This document shows positions 30,195-45,167 of a DNA stretch of 64,000 bases, in pieces. The stretch comes from Eledone cirrhosa. Its lineage: Eukaryota. The translations under genes and the position numbers were made by a program. Numbering within the stretch: the first letter of the stretch is position 1; each line of letters begins with the position of its first letter. The notes under the pieces are model-generated. The model searched no databases, was not told the origin of the DNA, and saw nothing but the letters and a program-made list of their open reading frames with translations. The stretch spans positions 1 through 64,000 of the forward strand of contig OZ024761.1 of NCBI GenBank assembly GCA_964016885.1, read 5' to 3'.

Positions 30195-30337
30195 TATTTC
30201 TGAAGACGGCATATATATGTGTTGTATGTATATTTAATTTTGATAGTTTGTATAATTTTGTATAATTTTGTACATAGATCTGTTGAATATGCATGCCAAT
30301 TCTAACACATATATATCCTAGAAACGATCGTTAAATA
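30195..30337 (+). ncRNA. Type I hammerhead motif with long stem II insertion
   Basis: UAUUU-CUGAAGA-..AUAUAUAUGUGUUG...UAACACAUAUAUAU..-GAAA-CGAUCG-UU-AAAUA. Perfect 5-bp stem I and palindromic stem III. Confidence 0.65.
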
Positions 30338-30536
30338 ATGAACTTTTTTTGTTTAATATAAGGAACTGTTTCATTGTTTTATTCATTATTTTTTTAATAT
30401 TTTATCTTGACTCTGTATTCCGTTTATCTTTCACCGAAAGTGATTTTTCATTGCATCTCTTCTTTCCATGATATCCGGATTACATTGAGTTCTTCATACG
30501 GATTGGACACTACCGTAAACTCTTGGTAGATTTATC

Positions 30537-30676
<140 letters not shown>

Positions 30677-30942
30677 ACTCAGAGCGCAGAGCCAGGAAGA
30701 CGGTTGCAAAACATTCTATCCGACGTTCTATCGTTTCTGTCAATTTACTGCCTTTAATTAAAATACATCGTTTATTTTATTAGAAATACGGTCATTAAAG
30801 TGTTACTAAAATCTTATATTATATCACTAGCCAACCAATAAAGTGCAAAGCATGTGATGTTTATACGTGGACGATATAATGTATATGCCTATATACGTAT
30901 ATATATATGTGTATGGACATATATATAAGTATATATGTGTAT

Positions 30943-31002
<60 letters not shown>

Positions 31003-31004
<2 letters not shown>

Positions 31005-31194
31005 CGAAGGAAATGTGGTAAGGAACCAGGTGGACCATAACGCACCAAAGTACTCAATACTTGAGGTAGTAGAGTGGGTAATAGGAACCAGTAAGACCCC
31101 GACAGCTGAGCTCAAGCCGTTTCGACGGCTAATTCTATATGCGAATTAGCCGTCGAAACGGCTTGAGCTCAGCTGTCGGGGTCTTACTGGTTCC
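31003..31194. mobile_element. Family A fold-back element in (TA)n
   Basis: 31084-31135 and 31143-31194 are perfect inverted arms; (TA)n on both flanks. Confidence 0.9.
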
Positions 31195-31741
31195 TATATA
31201 TATATATATATATTTCGTTTCTGAATTTGTTTAGCAAGATTCTTTATCTGAAATCGTGTGTTGAAACCGATATTTTTATATTTTGGGAGGGTCATGTTGC
31301 CAATAAGAAACACACGCACCAGTTGCTTTCACTTCAATTTATTATAATAAATTTATAATAAATTTATAAATTTATAAATTTCTGGTTGGTTGGTTGGTTT
31401 CACAACCAGATAGTTGTTTATATATTGTCATAGTTCTTTCGTCACACACTCTGTGACCTCTTCAGTGACTAGGGATTCCTTTCTTTGTTTCTGTGCCTCT
31501 CCTTTGTTCTGTCCTACGCCATTTTGTTTCTGTGTGTGTGTTGTGTGCTCAGTCTGCGCATGCGCCACATCCGGGTGTCTGTGTGTGTTTATGTTCATTT
31601 ATTTATTTGTTTATTTACATGTTACTGGTTGGTTGTTTGTTCTATGTGTGTGTGTGTTTTCATTTTGTCCTTAATTGTAAGTTGTGATGTTGCTGTTCCA
31701 CTCATATTTTCTATTTAATTTTAAACCAACCAGTACAACCT

Positions 31742-32415
<674 letters not shown>

Positions 32416-32600
32416 ATATATGTTTATATATATATGTATGTATATATATGTTTATATATATATGTATGTATATATATATGTTTATATATATATGTATGTA
32501 TATGTATATATATGTATGTATATATATATATATATATATGTATGTATATATATATATATATATGAATGTATATATATATATATATGTATGTATGCATATA

Positions 32601-32631
<31 letters not shown>

Positions 32632-32986
32632 CTCATGGTCGGGTCGTTGGCGACTAAACTGGCCACCCCGACCAAGGTTTCTTGGTAGGGAGGGTGACTT
32701 TGAACATCCTGCAGGACTAAAAACTGGCTTTGTGCAGTGCCTTTGCTCACTATAAAAGCTTCACGGCACAGGCATTGCTTTATATCTTGAGCTCTCTCTG
32801 CACTTGTCGTCACATGGTACTATAGGCCCAGCACTATGTGTCAATAATTGTCACAAGTGTAGTGTTTGTACCAGAGTTTTCAAGTCGCTAGCTGGACTAA
32901 AAAGTCACACTCGTTCAGCGCATCGGTAGGAGTTCTCCTACATGGATAAAAAGTAGTGGCCGTAATCGAAAACGAGTTGTCAGCCA

Positions 32987-33057
<71 letters not shown>

Positions 33058-33711
33058 CATATAGTTATTTATTTATATACCTATATATATTTTGTAAAAG
33101 ATCACAACTAACTTCACTTGACAACACAACACGACACAAAAAACTCTCTAACTGACACAAATATCATTAACTAATTTCTGTGTTTGCTGACGCAAACAAT
33201 TACTTGTTTCCTCTTCTAGTTTTCATACATACATTTAATGTATTAACCATAGCATAAAAACCATAAAACCAATCTCCTATAAGCCGCCATTTTATGTTAT
33301 TGTCATTCAGTATAAATCTTTACTGAAAACAGTTTCTATAAAAACCTACACATATAAACCAATTTAACACAATAGATTATATTCTAAACTTCACTATATA
33401 TTATACTCTACAAGAACAGTTGTGACAATGTATTCGATGTTCGATACATTCACACACAACACTATGAAATGGATTATTACATTAAAACTTCATTAAATAG
33501 TCATTTGGTTTGGTTTACAACTAAAAGTGTAATATTACATGATAAATTATATCTAAATCACCACACACACACACATGTCTATATATATATATTTATATAT
33601 GTGTGTGTGTGTGTGTGTGTGTGCATGGGTGTGTATGTATATTTATATATATATAAATATATAAGCATGTGTGTGTGTGCATGGGTATATATATATATAT
33701 ATATATATAAA

Positions 33712-33920
33712 ACGAAGGAAATGTGGTAAGGAACCAGGTGGACCATAACGCACCAAAGTACTCAATACTTAGGGTAGTAGAGTGGGTAATAGGAACGAGT
33801 AGGACCCCGACGGCTGAGCTCAAGCCGTTTCGACGGCTAATTCTGGACTAATTAGTCCAGATTTAGTCCAGAATTAGCCGTCGAAACGGCTTGAGCTCAG
33901 CCGTCGGGGTCCTACTCGTT

Positions 33921-33922
<2 letters not shown>
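33712..33922. mobile_element. Family A fold-back element in (TA)n
   Basis: Inverted arms ~33792-33843 and ~33870-33922 around a TGGACTAATTAGTCCA hairpin centre. Confidence 0.9.
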
Positions 33923-33969
<47 letters not shown>

Positions 33970-34399
33970 ATAATAATAAATTTGAAGACTAAAATCCAAA
34001 GAGGGCTCGATAAGGATAAATATATATCAAATATATAAGAACCGTAGAGCAAATATTTATTAAAATAACAGATTCAAGTTTAAGCAAAGAATCGCTGCTT
34101 TCACCCTTAACGGGATCTCTGAAACTAACAAAGTCAATCTGTAAACGCAGAACTGGATATTTCAAAAAACGTTGCAACCGGAGGAAGACAGGAAGACGAT
34201 ACTTTGGTTCGCTGGTAAAGAACGGGAAAAAACGAATAATACGTCATTAATAGGAGCGGTGAAAAACAATTACGCGCAAAGACAGAACCACGTTTGTGGT
34301 ATAAACGAGGTCGTAGATTAATGTTCTCTTAGGTGGTTCATAGAGACGTTCTCTGGCAATGAACGAAAAAACGAAGATAATACGTCATATGTGGAGCGT

Positions 34400-36034
34400 G
34401 ACCTGGACCGGACCGAACCTTTGGACCCTATCTCTCCCCACTTTACCCTGAAGGATCACAAATCCAATTTTCCGAACAACCCCTCTATTCGGCTGATTAA
34501 CCCTACGAAGTCCGATTTAGGTAGACTTAGTAAAACGATTCTTGATAGAATTATACCTGAAATTAGAAGTTTGGCCCCTCTTGCACTGTGGAACAATTCT
34601 TTCGCGGTGATTGATTGGTTCAACGGCATATGTAACAAGGAACATTGCCGTTTTATTCAATTCGACATCAACAATTACTACTCCTCCATCACTTTACCAC
34701 TTCTCCTTAGAGCTATCAATTTCGCTAAAACACTCACAGTGGTTAAGGATTTCGAAGTCGATGTCATCCTCAATGCCCGAAAGTCGGTGATTAATTTCGA
34801 CGACTCTATTTGGATTAAAAATCCAATAGTATCCCATTCGACGTGAGTATGGGGGCCAGTGACTCTGCGGAGGTTACTGATCTTATTGGCCTTTTCCTTC
34901 TTTTCTCTATCAAGGACGAATTCCCCAACGCGGGCGGTGGTTTGTACCGTGACGATGGTCTTTTGACCATGACTAATTGCGGATCTCGTGCTTGCGACAG
35001 GTTCAGAAAAGAACTCACAGCCTTCTTTAAAGGCTTCAACCTCTCTATACAGGTTGAGACCAATCTCTCGGTCGTTAATTATCTCGACGTTACCCTCAAT
35101 TTATTGAATGGGTTGTATTACCCGTATAGAGAGCCGAATGATACGCTTAATTACATAAGTAAGCATTCCAACCATCCTGCCAGCATAACCAAGAACCTGG
35201 TAAGAAACGTTTCGTTGAGGCTTTCCCGTCTTTCCACCAACGAGCGTATTTTCAACGACCATTCCACTTATTACAATGAAGCTCTTGCTCGAAGTGGATT
35301 TGTCGATTAGGTAGCTTATACTGAGTACGAAAATAGACCTAGAAGAAATAGATCCCGTCGCATTTGTTGGTATAACCCACCATATAATATGGAGGTGGCC
35401 ACACCATTAACTAAGATCTTTCTTTCCCTTATTACGAAGCATTTTCCCCCTACACATAAATATAGTAACATTTTTAATAGAAATACTATTAAAATGTCTT
35501 ACTCTACGACTCCTAACCTTGCACATAACATCACAGCTTCAAATTTAGCTAAACTACCTAGCCGTAGGAACACGTGCAAACTTTAGTACTAACTGTAATT
35601 GTAGGAATCGGGCTGATTGCCCCATATCCGGAAAATGCCTCTCTAGTAACATTGTCTACAAATGTAAGGTTGTAACACCCACGTCCCGTAGGGCCTACAT
35701 AGGGTTAACCGCCAATAGTTTCAAGCAGCGACTTTACATGCATACCCATTCTTTTCGTTACCCTCTAAGAAGGAATATGACGTCACTTTCAGCTTATATC
35801 TGGAGTCTAAAAGACAACCACACCCAATATAAGTTACACTGGGAGATCCTAGCTAGGGCTAGATCGTATAACGGAAATAAAAGACCATGTGACCTGTGCG
35901 CCGCTGAGGCCCTGGAAATACTCTACGCCACAAACCACATCTTAAACAAAAAATCTGAGGCAATTTCGGCTTGTAAACATAAATTGCATAACACTTTCCT
36001 GTATTACAGCCCCACTTTGTACCCTAACGGATAG
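34400..36034 (+). pseudogene. Disrupted PLE reverse transcriptase + GIY-YIG endonuclease ORF
   Basis: TLKDHK..NPSIRLINP, FIQFDINNYYSSI, SMGA, catalytic LYRDDG, linker CNCRNRADC (CxCx5C), NIVY..AYIGLT..FKQR..H, CDLC..E, LNKKSE. Frameshifts near 34820 and 35580, stop at 35308-35310. Confidence 0.92.
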
Positions 36035-36951
36035 TACGATCTATACGTGGATATTTTACGTCTTGATGTGGGAGCTAAGTATATGTTTTGTTTATTCCTT
36101 TACTTATTTGCATAGGTAAGTATGTATTACCCGTTTGTTTAGTGAAGGTACGTATACCTTCTCGTACGCATATTTGATTGTTTTGGCGTATAATTTTATA
36201 TATTCTGGTACATAGGGTTTGGCTATGTGTATACGGGAGTTTTGCGAATGCGTGAGTATGCGGGTTCGTACGTATGGTGGGTGTGTGTATTGTGTACTTC
36301 TTGTTATAGTTGACCTACGTCTCCGAATATTCGTGTATTTATATGTAGGTATGTGTGTGCGCTTGTTATATACGTATTTATTTATTTATATACGTTTATA
36401 TAATTATTTATTTATTTGTATACACGCATACACACACACACATATTTATATGTGCGTGGTTTTGTATACCTATGGTAAGGTTTTGCGTATGCCTGTGTAT
36501 GTACGTATTTGTGTGCGTGTATGTATTTATTTATTTCTATTACTTCTGTATTGTATTTATTTACTTGTTCTTAACTCTGTAGCGGAGATTCATTTGGTTA
36601 GAATTTTAGTCTACGACTTCTGCTATACCATTTACGTGGTTTTGTCTTTGCGTGCTATTGTTCTCCACGCTCCACATATGACGTATTATCTTCGTTTTTT
36701 CGTTCATTGCCAGAGAACGTCTCTATGCACCACCCAAGAGAACATTAGTCTACTACCTCTTTTATACCATAAACGTGGTTCTGTCTTTGCGCGTAATTGT
36801 TTTTCACCGCGCCTATTAATGACGTATTATTCGTTTTTTCCCGTTCTTTGCCAGCGAACGTTTCCACGAACCAAAGTATCGTCTTCCTGTCTTCCTCTGG
36901 TTGCAACGTTTTTTGAAATATCCAGTTCTGCGTTTACAGATTGACTTTGTT

Positions 36952-37002
36952 AGTTTCAGAAGATGCCGTTAAGGGTGAAAGCAGCGATTCTTTGCTTAAA
37001 CT
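36952..37002 (+). ncRNA. Hammerhead-like motif in the PLE pseudo-LTR with non-canonical CAGAAGA core
   Basis: AGUUU-CAGAAGA-UGCC/GGGU-GAAA-GCA..UGC-UU-AAACU. Also at 34077-34126(-), 48732-48782(-) and 49697-49747(+). Confidence 0.6.
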
Positions 37003-37219
37003 TTAATCTGTTATACAGATATGATGCTGTGTGACTGTACGGAACGAAAGAATGTATTGAAATACTGGATATGTTTTACCTGGAACCGCACAAGAAACAT
37101 CTTTTGATGAAAAGTTAGTTCAATATCTCGACATGAATTTAGTTCATAGATGTATTGATATTCGATACGAGAAAAAACCCCGCACTATCCGCTGGTTATA
37201 TTATAATTACATGTGGTAA

Positions 37220-37545
37220 AGACGCATGGCTTAGTGGTTCGAACATTGGGCTTGCAATTGAAAGGTTGTGAGTTCGATTCTCGGACCGGGTGATGCGTTG
37301 TGTCCTTGAGCAAGACACTTTATTTCACGTTGCTCCAGCTCACTCAGCTGTAGAAATGAGTTGTGACGTCACTGGTGTCAAGCTGTATTGGTCATAACCT
37401 TTCCCTTTCCTTTGGACAACATCGGTGGCGTGGAGAGTGGAGACTGGTATCCATGGGAAACTACTGGTCTTCAACAAAAAACAACAAACAAACCTTGTCC
37501 AGGCTCGTGCCTCGAAGGGGAAACTTTCTAGGTGCAAAACCATGG
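37220..37545 (+). mobile_element. SINE family 2 (CORE-like)
   Basis: A box TGGCTTAGTGG, B box GAGTTCGATTC, GTTGTGTCCTTGAGCAAGACACTT. Confidence 0.8.
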
Positions 37546-37938
37546 TCATTCGTGACCATCTGGGGCCTTCAATATGTAGTAGAATAGTTTTCTCTAACGA
37601 ATCTCCTCAAATGTTCATATGAATAACTATTTTAGGTCAACATAGATGAATCAACAAAGTGTTAAAGAATAAATGGAAAATCTCAACTTGTGTGTGTGTT
37701 ACTCACTTGGCCCAGCCCCCGATTCTCTATTTTTTATTGTTTTCTAATTTTTATTTGCTAATCGTACTCTCATGACGAAGGACTACAGTTCAATACTTTC
37801 AAGTATTTTTTCTCTCTTTCATCCAAAGTGTGAACTTTATAACAGTAATTGAAATTCTGTTTCTCTGTTTGGCATTTTTTATTAGATATATATATATGTA
37901 TATATAACAAAATATTTATTATTATTATATATATATGT

Positions 37939-38130
37939 AGGGCGGTGGATTGGCAGTACCGGTAGAGGGTCAGACGACAGGCTTTGACGCATAGAGTTAC
38001 GGCCCTTGCCATTCTGAGTTCAAATCCCGCCAAGGTTAACTTTGCCTTTCATCCTTACGGGGTCGATAAAATAAAGTACCTGTAATGCACTGGGTAATTG
38101 CTGGCCTTGTGCCAAAAGTAGAAACAATTA
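37939..38130 (+). mobile_element. SINE family 1, full length
   Basis: A and B boxes, shared core, (ATT)n tail. Confidence 0.9.
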
Positions 38131-38426
38131 TTATATATATATATTTATATATATATGTGTATGTATATATGTATATATATGTACATATGTATGTGCATGT
38201 ATATGTAGGTATATGTGTATATATATATGTACATATGTATATGTATATATATGTATGTATATGTATATATATATATGTATATATATATATGTATATATCT
38301 ATATATATGTGTATATGTATACATGTATATGCACACACACACATATGTATGTATACATATACAGACATATATGCATATACAAATATATATATATGTATAT
38401 ATATATATATGTATATATATATATAC

Positions 38427-38528
<102 letters not shown>

Positions 38529-38619
38529 CTATATATGTATGTATAAGCCAGGTGGTGCTATTAAGTTAGACATGGCCTGGGCCAATACTGGCCGAAACCT
38601 ATCAAAAATATATCTATTT

Positions 38620-40635
38620 ATCTACTTATATATATAACCAGCAATTTCTCTGTCTGTCTGTCCGACAGTGGAAATACATGCGTAGAGAGAGAGTGAGAGT
38701 GAAAGAAAGAGACAGACTCCGAGAGGGGGATAGCCGGAGGGACAGAGGGAGAGAGAGAGAGTGAATAGACGCTAAAACGCGTGCTACAGAAACATTACCT
38801 TCCCCTCTCCACTGACTTTGGTCACTGAGGCCGAGGGAATCGCTGGTTGCGATAGAGACACCTTGCACAAGCCAGAAGTAACCAGTTCGAAGCGGTTCTG
38901 ACTTGACACCATTTGAAGAAGGTTGCCATTGATTTTGTGGTTTGAAGGTTGCCATTGCATTTGTGGTTGTTGCTGCTGATAATAAGGACCATTTGAAGAA
39001 GGTTGCTGCTGATGAGGTAATTTATTAATCAGATTGCGCAGTTCCATAACCTACGTTTGATTTGTTGAATTTTTTTCTTCAATTTTTTAAATTTTTTTTT
39101 TTAATTTCTTATTGAAAAAATATAAATAATAAAATAAGGTTAGAAATTTAAATACAATTAAATACGATTTAATTTCCATTTCCAGCAGCCAATGTCCAGT
39201 GTTCAATTTCATGAAAAAATTGGAAATAATTCAAAAAATTGAAGTTTAACTTTTGAACATTTGTTTTGACAATAAAAAAATATTTCCTTATTCACACCTA
39301 ATGGTATGATTAAAATTTCATAGGAATATTTTTTTCTAACCGCCAGTTATTTATTTTCTCCTTTTTCGTTTTAACATATATTTATTTCAAAGATTTCACC
39401 GTATAGATAACATATATATATATACATGAATAAAAGACACACCGAGAGACGGTGAACATGTGATGCCGTAAACATTTCTCATCCAAATCTCAACAATATC
39501 AGTATATACACTAGATTTGCTAGCAGAAAACCGCCCACCGGGTGGTTTTCTGCTAGTCTATATATATAAAACTGATGTTGTCTGTGTGTCCCCATTTCTA
39601 CTCCGATTGACTTCAAACTTGCATTTATATATTCCTTGCGGTTTAAAGATATTAATTGCAGCTTTTATTTTTCTGTTGTTAAAAGGGTGTTAGGCGCCGG
39701 TTATCCATCTCCGTCGCGCTCTTATAATATCTGTCTGTATGCCTGGCTGTCTGCATTACGACATACTGACGAACATTCATGACGTATTATGTTCGCTATT
39801 ATCCGTTCATTGCCGGGGAACGTCTTCACAAACCAAAGTATCGTCTTCCTGTTTCCCTTCGGTTGCAACGTTTTTCGAAATATTTACTTCTGCGTTCACA
39901 GATTGATGTTTTTAGTTTCAGAAACTAATGTTTTAAGGGTGAAAGCAACGATTCTTTGCTTAAACTTTAATCTGATATTTTAATCTATATATGTATATAT
40001 ATAAAACTGAGGAAGGAAGTATGTATGTGTGTGTGTGTGTGTGAAACCCGACAAGTACCCAACCGATCTTTTTCAAACTTTACATGTGTATTACTTATAT
40101 GTCATGGAGCGTTATGCACATTTTCAATTTTTTGATCCCCTAGGTGATCCATTAGGTGAAAAACTGCGTTTTTTCCAGTTTTTATGGGTTTTTTGAGGAG
40201 TCAGACCGATTTCCTTGAAATTGTAACTATGTATTAGTCAGTCCCTTCTTCATACCGTGACCAAAGAAAATCTAACTTTTTATGGCCTAGGGCCGGCATT
40301 AGGTGAAAAACTTCATTTTTTTCAGCTTTTTAGGGCTTTTAAAGGCTTTTTAGGGCTTTTTTCAGGCGTTACGTCTAGCCGATTTTTTTCGAAATTTCAA
40401 GTCTTATTATGCACATTAAAAAAATTCATTTTCTTGATCCTCTAGAGCCCGCATTAGGTGAAAGCCTGCCCTTTTCCTGCTTCATCGCAAAAATCTTATA
40501 TTATCCAGCCATCAGAGTATTCGGTTTATTTTCTTTACATATTGTCCAGGCATGCAGTTTTTTCCACGATTAGGTCTGTTGGCGGCCCGCGTTCCAAAAT
40601 ACCTTATCTCGTGCAACGCCGGGTAGCACTGCTAA
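38620..40635 (+). mobile_element. Run of non-autonomous Helitron-like elements (approx. 38620-39556, 39557-39780, 39983-40635), interrupted by a PLE pseudo-LTR fragment (39780-39983)
   Basis: 5' ends TCTA(C/T)..TATATATAA..CTG followed by (GTCT/GT)n; 3' ends GC hairpin + CTGCTAG|T (39556) and GCAACGCCGGGTAGCACTGCTAAT (40635). Confidence 0.6.
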
Positions 40636-41589
40636 TATGCCTATATATGTATAAGTGTCTATATATATATAAATGTGTATGTATGTATCTATCTATGTAT
40701 GAATGTATGTGTGTCTATGTATGTGTGTGTGTCTATGTATGTATATATATATATGTGTGTATGTAGGTATATATATATATATAATCATTATAAAATGAAG
40801 AAAGAGAAGCAGACCGTTAAAATATATTTATAAGGAGCTCTTACACATGTTACGCTCAAGTTAGGCTCAGAGGAAAGTAAAGGATTTAATTAGGAACCCT
40901 GAATGAGTATGAATACGATTTTAACATCGAAATTAATATCTCGGTGTTACAGAGTTAGCTGCTTAAGTCATATATATATATATGTGTGTATGTAGGTATA
41001 TAATATATATATATACCTACATACACTTAAGAGTCAATGGCCATCCAAAATAACCGGAGAGATGACCTCTTAGCCTTTGTCAAGGCAGAATTCTAGGAGA
41101 AGGAAAACTCTGATATAACACCTGCAACCCTGATGGTATCCAATGATGTTGACTTGTTCTTCTTTTTGGTCTATATCATCTTGGTTAAGAGAGTGGGACT
41201 GGCTTTGTGCAGTGCCTTTGCTCACTATGAAAGCTTCACGGCACAGGCATTGCTTTATATCTGGAGATCTCTCTGCACTTGTCGTCACATGGTACCATGG
41301 ACCCAGCACTATGTGTCAGTAATTGTCACAAGTGTAGTGTTTGTACCAGAGTTTTCAAGTCGCTGGCTGGACTAAAAAGTCACACTCGTTCAGCGCATCG
41401 GTAGGGGTTCTCCTACATGGATATAAAGTAGTGGCCGTACTCGAAAAAAGTTGGCAGCCACCATATATCTATATACATATATATATGTGTGTGTGTGTGT
41501 GTATGTAGGTATATATATATATATGTGTGTGTATGTAGGTATATATATATATATAAATATATATATATATGTGTGTGTGTGTATGTAGG

Positions 41590-41630
<41 letters not shown>

Positions 41631-41744
41631 ATGTAGGTATATATATATATATGTGTGTGTATGTAGGTATATATATATATATATGTGTGTATGTAGGTAT
41701 ATATATAAATGTGTGTATATAGGTATATATATAAGGGTGCATGT

Positions 41745-41788
<44 letters not shown>

Positions 41789-42179
41789 TATATGTATGTA
41801 TGTCGCTATATAGATAGATATATAGTCAATAACTTACTGTCAAGCGTGCAAGCTGATAGAATATGACGTCAATTGACTGGACATTCACCTGTCATCGCAC
41901 TGTATAACGCAGATATATATATTTACATATATATATATGTGTATATATATACATATATATATGTGTATATATATACATATATATATGTGTATATATATAC
42001 ATATATATATGTGTATATATATACATATATATATGTGTATATATATACATATATATATGTATGTGTGGGTATAGCAGAATATAGAGTGTTGGGGTAGGGC
42101 TGTGGTAGGGAGGGGTGGCCATGGAACTGTTGTATCTGACTGTCGTATCATATATCTCTATTTATGCATGTATAGCTCG

Positions 42180-42233
<54 letters not shown>

Positions 42234-42279
42234 AGAGAGAGAGGGAGAGAGAGAGAGAGAATGAGACAGAGAGACAGAG

Positions 42280-42340
<61 letters not shown>

Positions 42341-42425
42341 ATGAGAGAGAGAGAGAATGAGAGAGAGAGAGTTTATTGATAAAATGATGCATCTTAATTC
42401 TGTTTGCAGACACATATACGGACAT

Positions 42426-42588
<163 letters not shown>

Positions 42589-42720
42589 TATATATATATA
42601 TATACACACACATGCAGATGTATTTGAAAATACGTCTACTGACATCTTCATCAATGTATGTGTGTGCATATATTTGTATATATCTGCGTGCGCATGTATA
42701 TATGTGTATGTATATATGTG

Positions 42721-42807
<87 letters not shown>

Positions 42808-42850
42808 GTGTGTGTGTCTGCGTGTATGTATATATGTGTATGTATATATA

Positions 42851-43421
<571 letters not shown>

Positions 43422-43569
43422 GTGTGTGTGTCTGCATGTATGTATATATGTGCATGTATATATATGTGTGTGTGTCTGCATGTATGTATATATGTGTCTG
43501 CATGTATATATATATTTATATATATATTATATATATATGTGTATGTATATATATATATGAGTCTGCATG

Positions 43570-43602
<33 letters not shown>

Positions 43603-43908
43603 GTGTGTGTATGTAAATATATATATATGTGTGTATATGTATGTAAACAGTCATCCACACAAGTAAATGTATATGTCCACAATGGATTAGTTATCTGTCT
43701 GGAAACAATACTCCATTGTTGACCTAATGTAAATTATCATCACCACACTGGGCGGCCCTGTATGTACACACACAGAAAAACACAGACACATATATATATA
43801 TATACATACACACACATATACGCACACACACACATATATATATACACATACATGCATACATACGCAGATACTAACATATACATGTAAATATATACACGTA
43901 TGCATATG

Positions 43909-43939
<31 letters not shown>

Positions 43940-43948
43940 TTTGTATAT

Positions 43949-43991
<43 letters not shown>

Positions 43992-44206
43992 TATATTGTT
44001 ATACTGATATATATATATATATATTCATATATAATACTGATTGGAAATACATATAACTTTATACAGATATATATGCATATGAATATATATGCATATATAT
44101 GCATATATAATCATATTTGTAAATATATATATTTCAATATATATATATATATATATAAATATATATATAAATATATAAATATATATATATAAATATATAT
44201 ATATAA

Positions 44207-44266
<60 letters not shown>

Positions 44267-44275
44267 ATATATTTA

Positions 44276-44363
<88 letters not shown>

Positions 44364-44467
44364 CATAAATAAATATAAATATATATATATATATATATAT
44401 ATGGATATGAATATATATATAATATATAGATAGAAACATAAATTAAATATAAATATATATATATATG

Positions 44468-44540
<73 letters not shown>

Positions 44541-44543
44541 ATG

Positions 44544-44616
<73 letters not shown>

Positions 44617-44697
44617 GACTATCCGGGAGCTTCCAACCGACATGGTTGCATTCTTTAAGGGTATGTCAATATTTGTTTTTAAAACTGCTCTATATTA

Positions 44698-44762
44698 TAT
44701 TTTATCTGATGAAAGCGCACTATAATTTGCTTTCGTGTCCTTGAAATATGTATCATTAAATA
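44698..44762 (+). ncRNA. Minimal type I hammerhead motif in (TA)n-embedded family B element (44612-44895)
   Basis: UAUUUUAU-CUGAUGA-AAGCGCAC..GUGUCCUU-GAAA-UAUGUA-UC-AUUAAAUA. Confidence 0.7.
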
Positions 44763-44894
44763 AATATGGTTTTATAAATATAGTTTCCATTTGTTAATAT
44801 ATTGTATTTTTACTCCAAAAATTTGTTGAGTGCTTTATATCATTTATGAAAACATTTTCTTGTTGTATCCCAACAATTTAAATATGACTTCTAC

Positions 44895-44931
<37 letters not shown>

Positions 44932-44937
44932 ATATAT

Positions 44938-44991
<54 letters not shown>

Positions 44992-45167
44992 TAAATATAT
45001 TATATATATATACAAATATATATTAGAAAGTGAGGTTTTTTTTCTTTTTTAGAAAATGAAAAATAACCGAGGTGTCCTACACGAGTGAAAGTATAAAGAA
45101 AAAGAGATGAAATCGAAAATGCAATTGGAGTCTTATTTTAAAAAAAAATATATATATTTATTTGGTT

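Larger units (their letters stand above)
33967..37012 (+). mobile_element. Penelope-like element (probably Nematis clade), 5'-truncated, with inverted pseudo-LTR at its 5' side
   Basis: 33967-34400 is the reverse complement of 36666-37012 plus a further extension; internal RT-GIY-YIG pseudo-ORF; left flank (TA)n. Confidence 0.9.
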
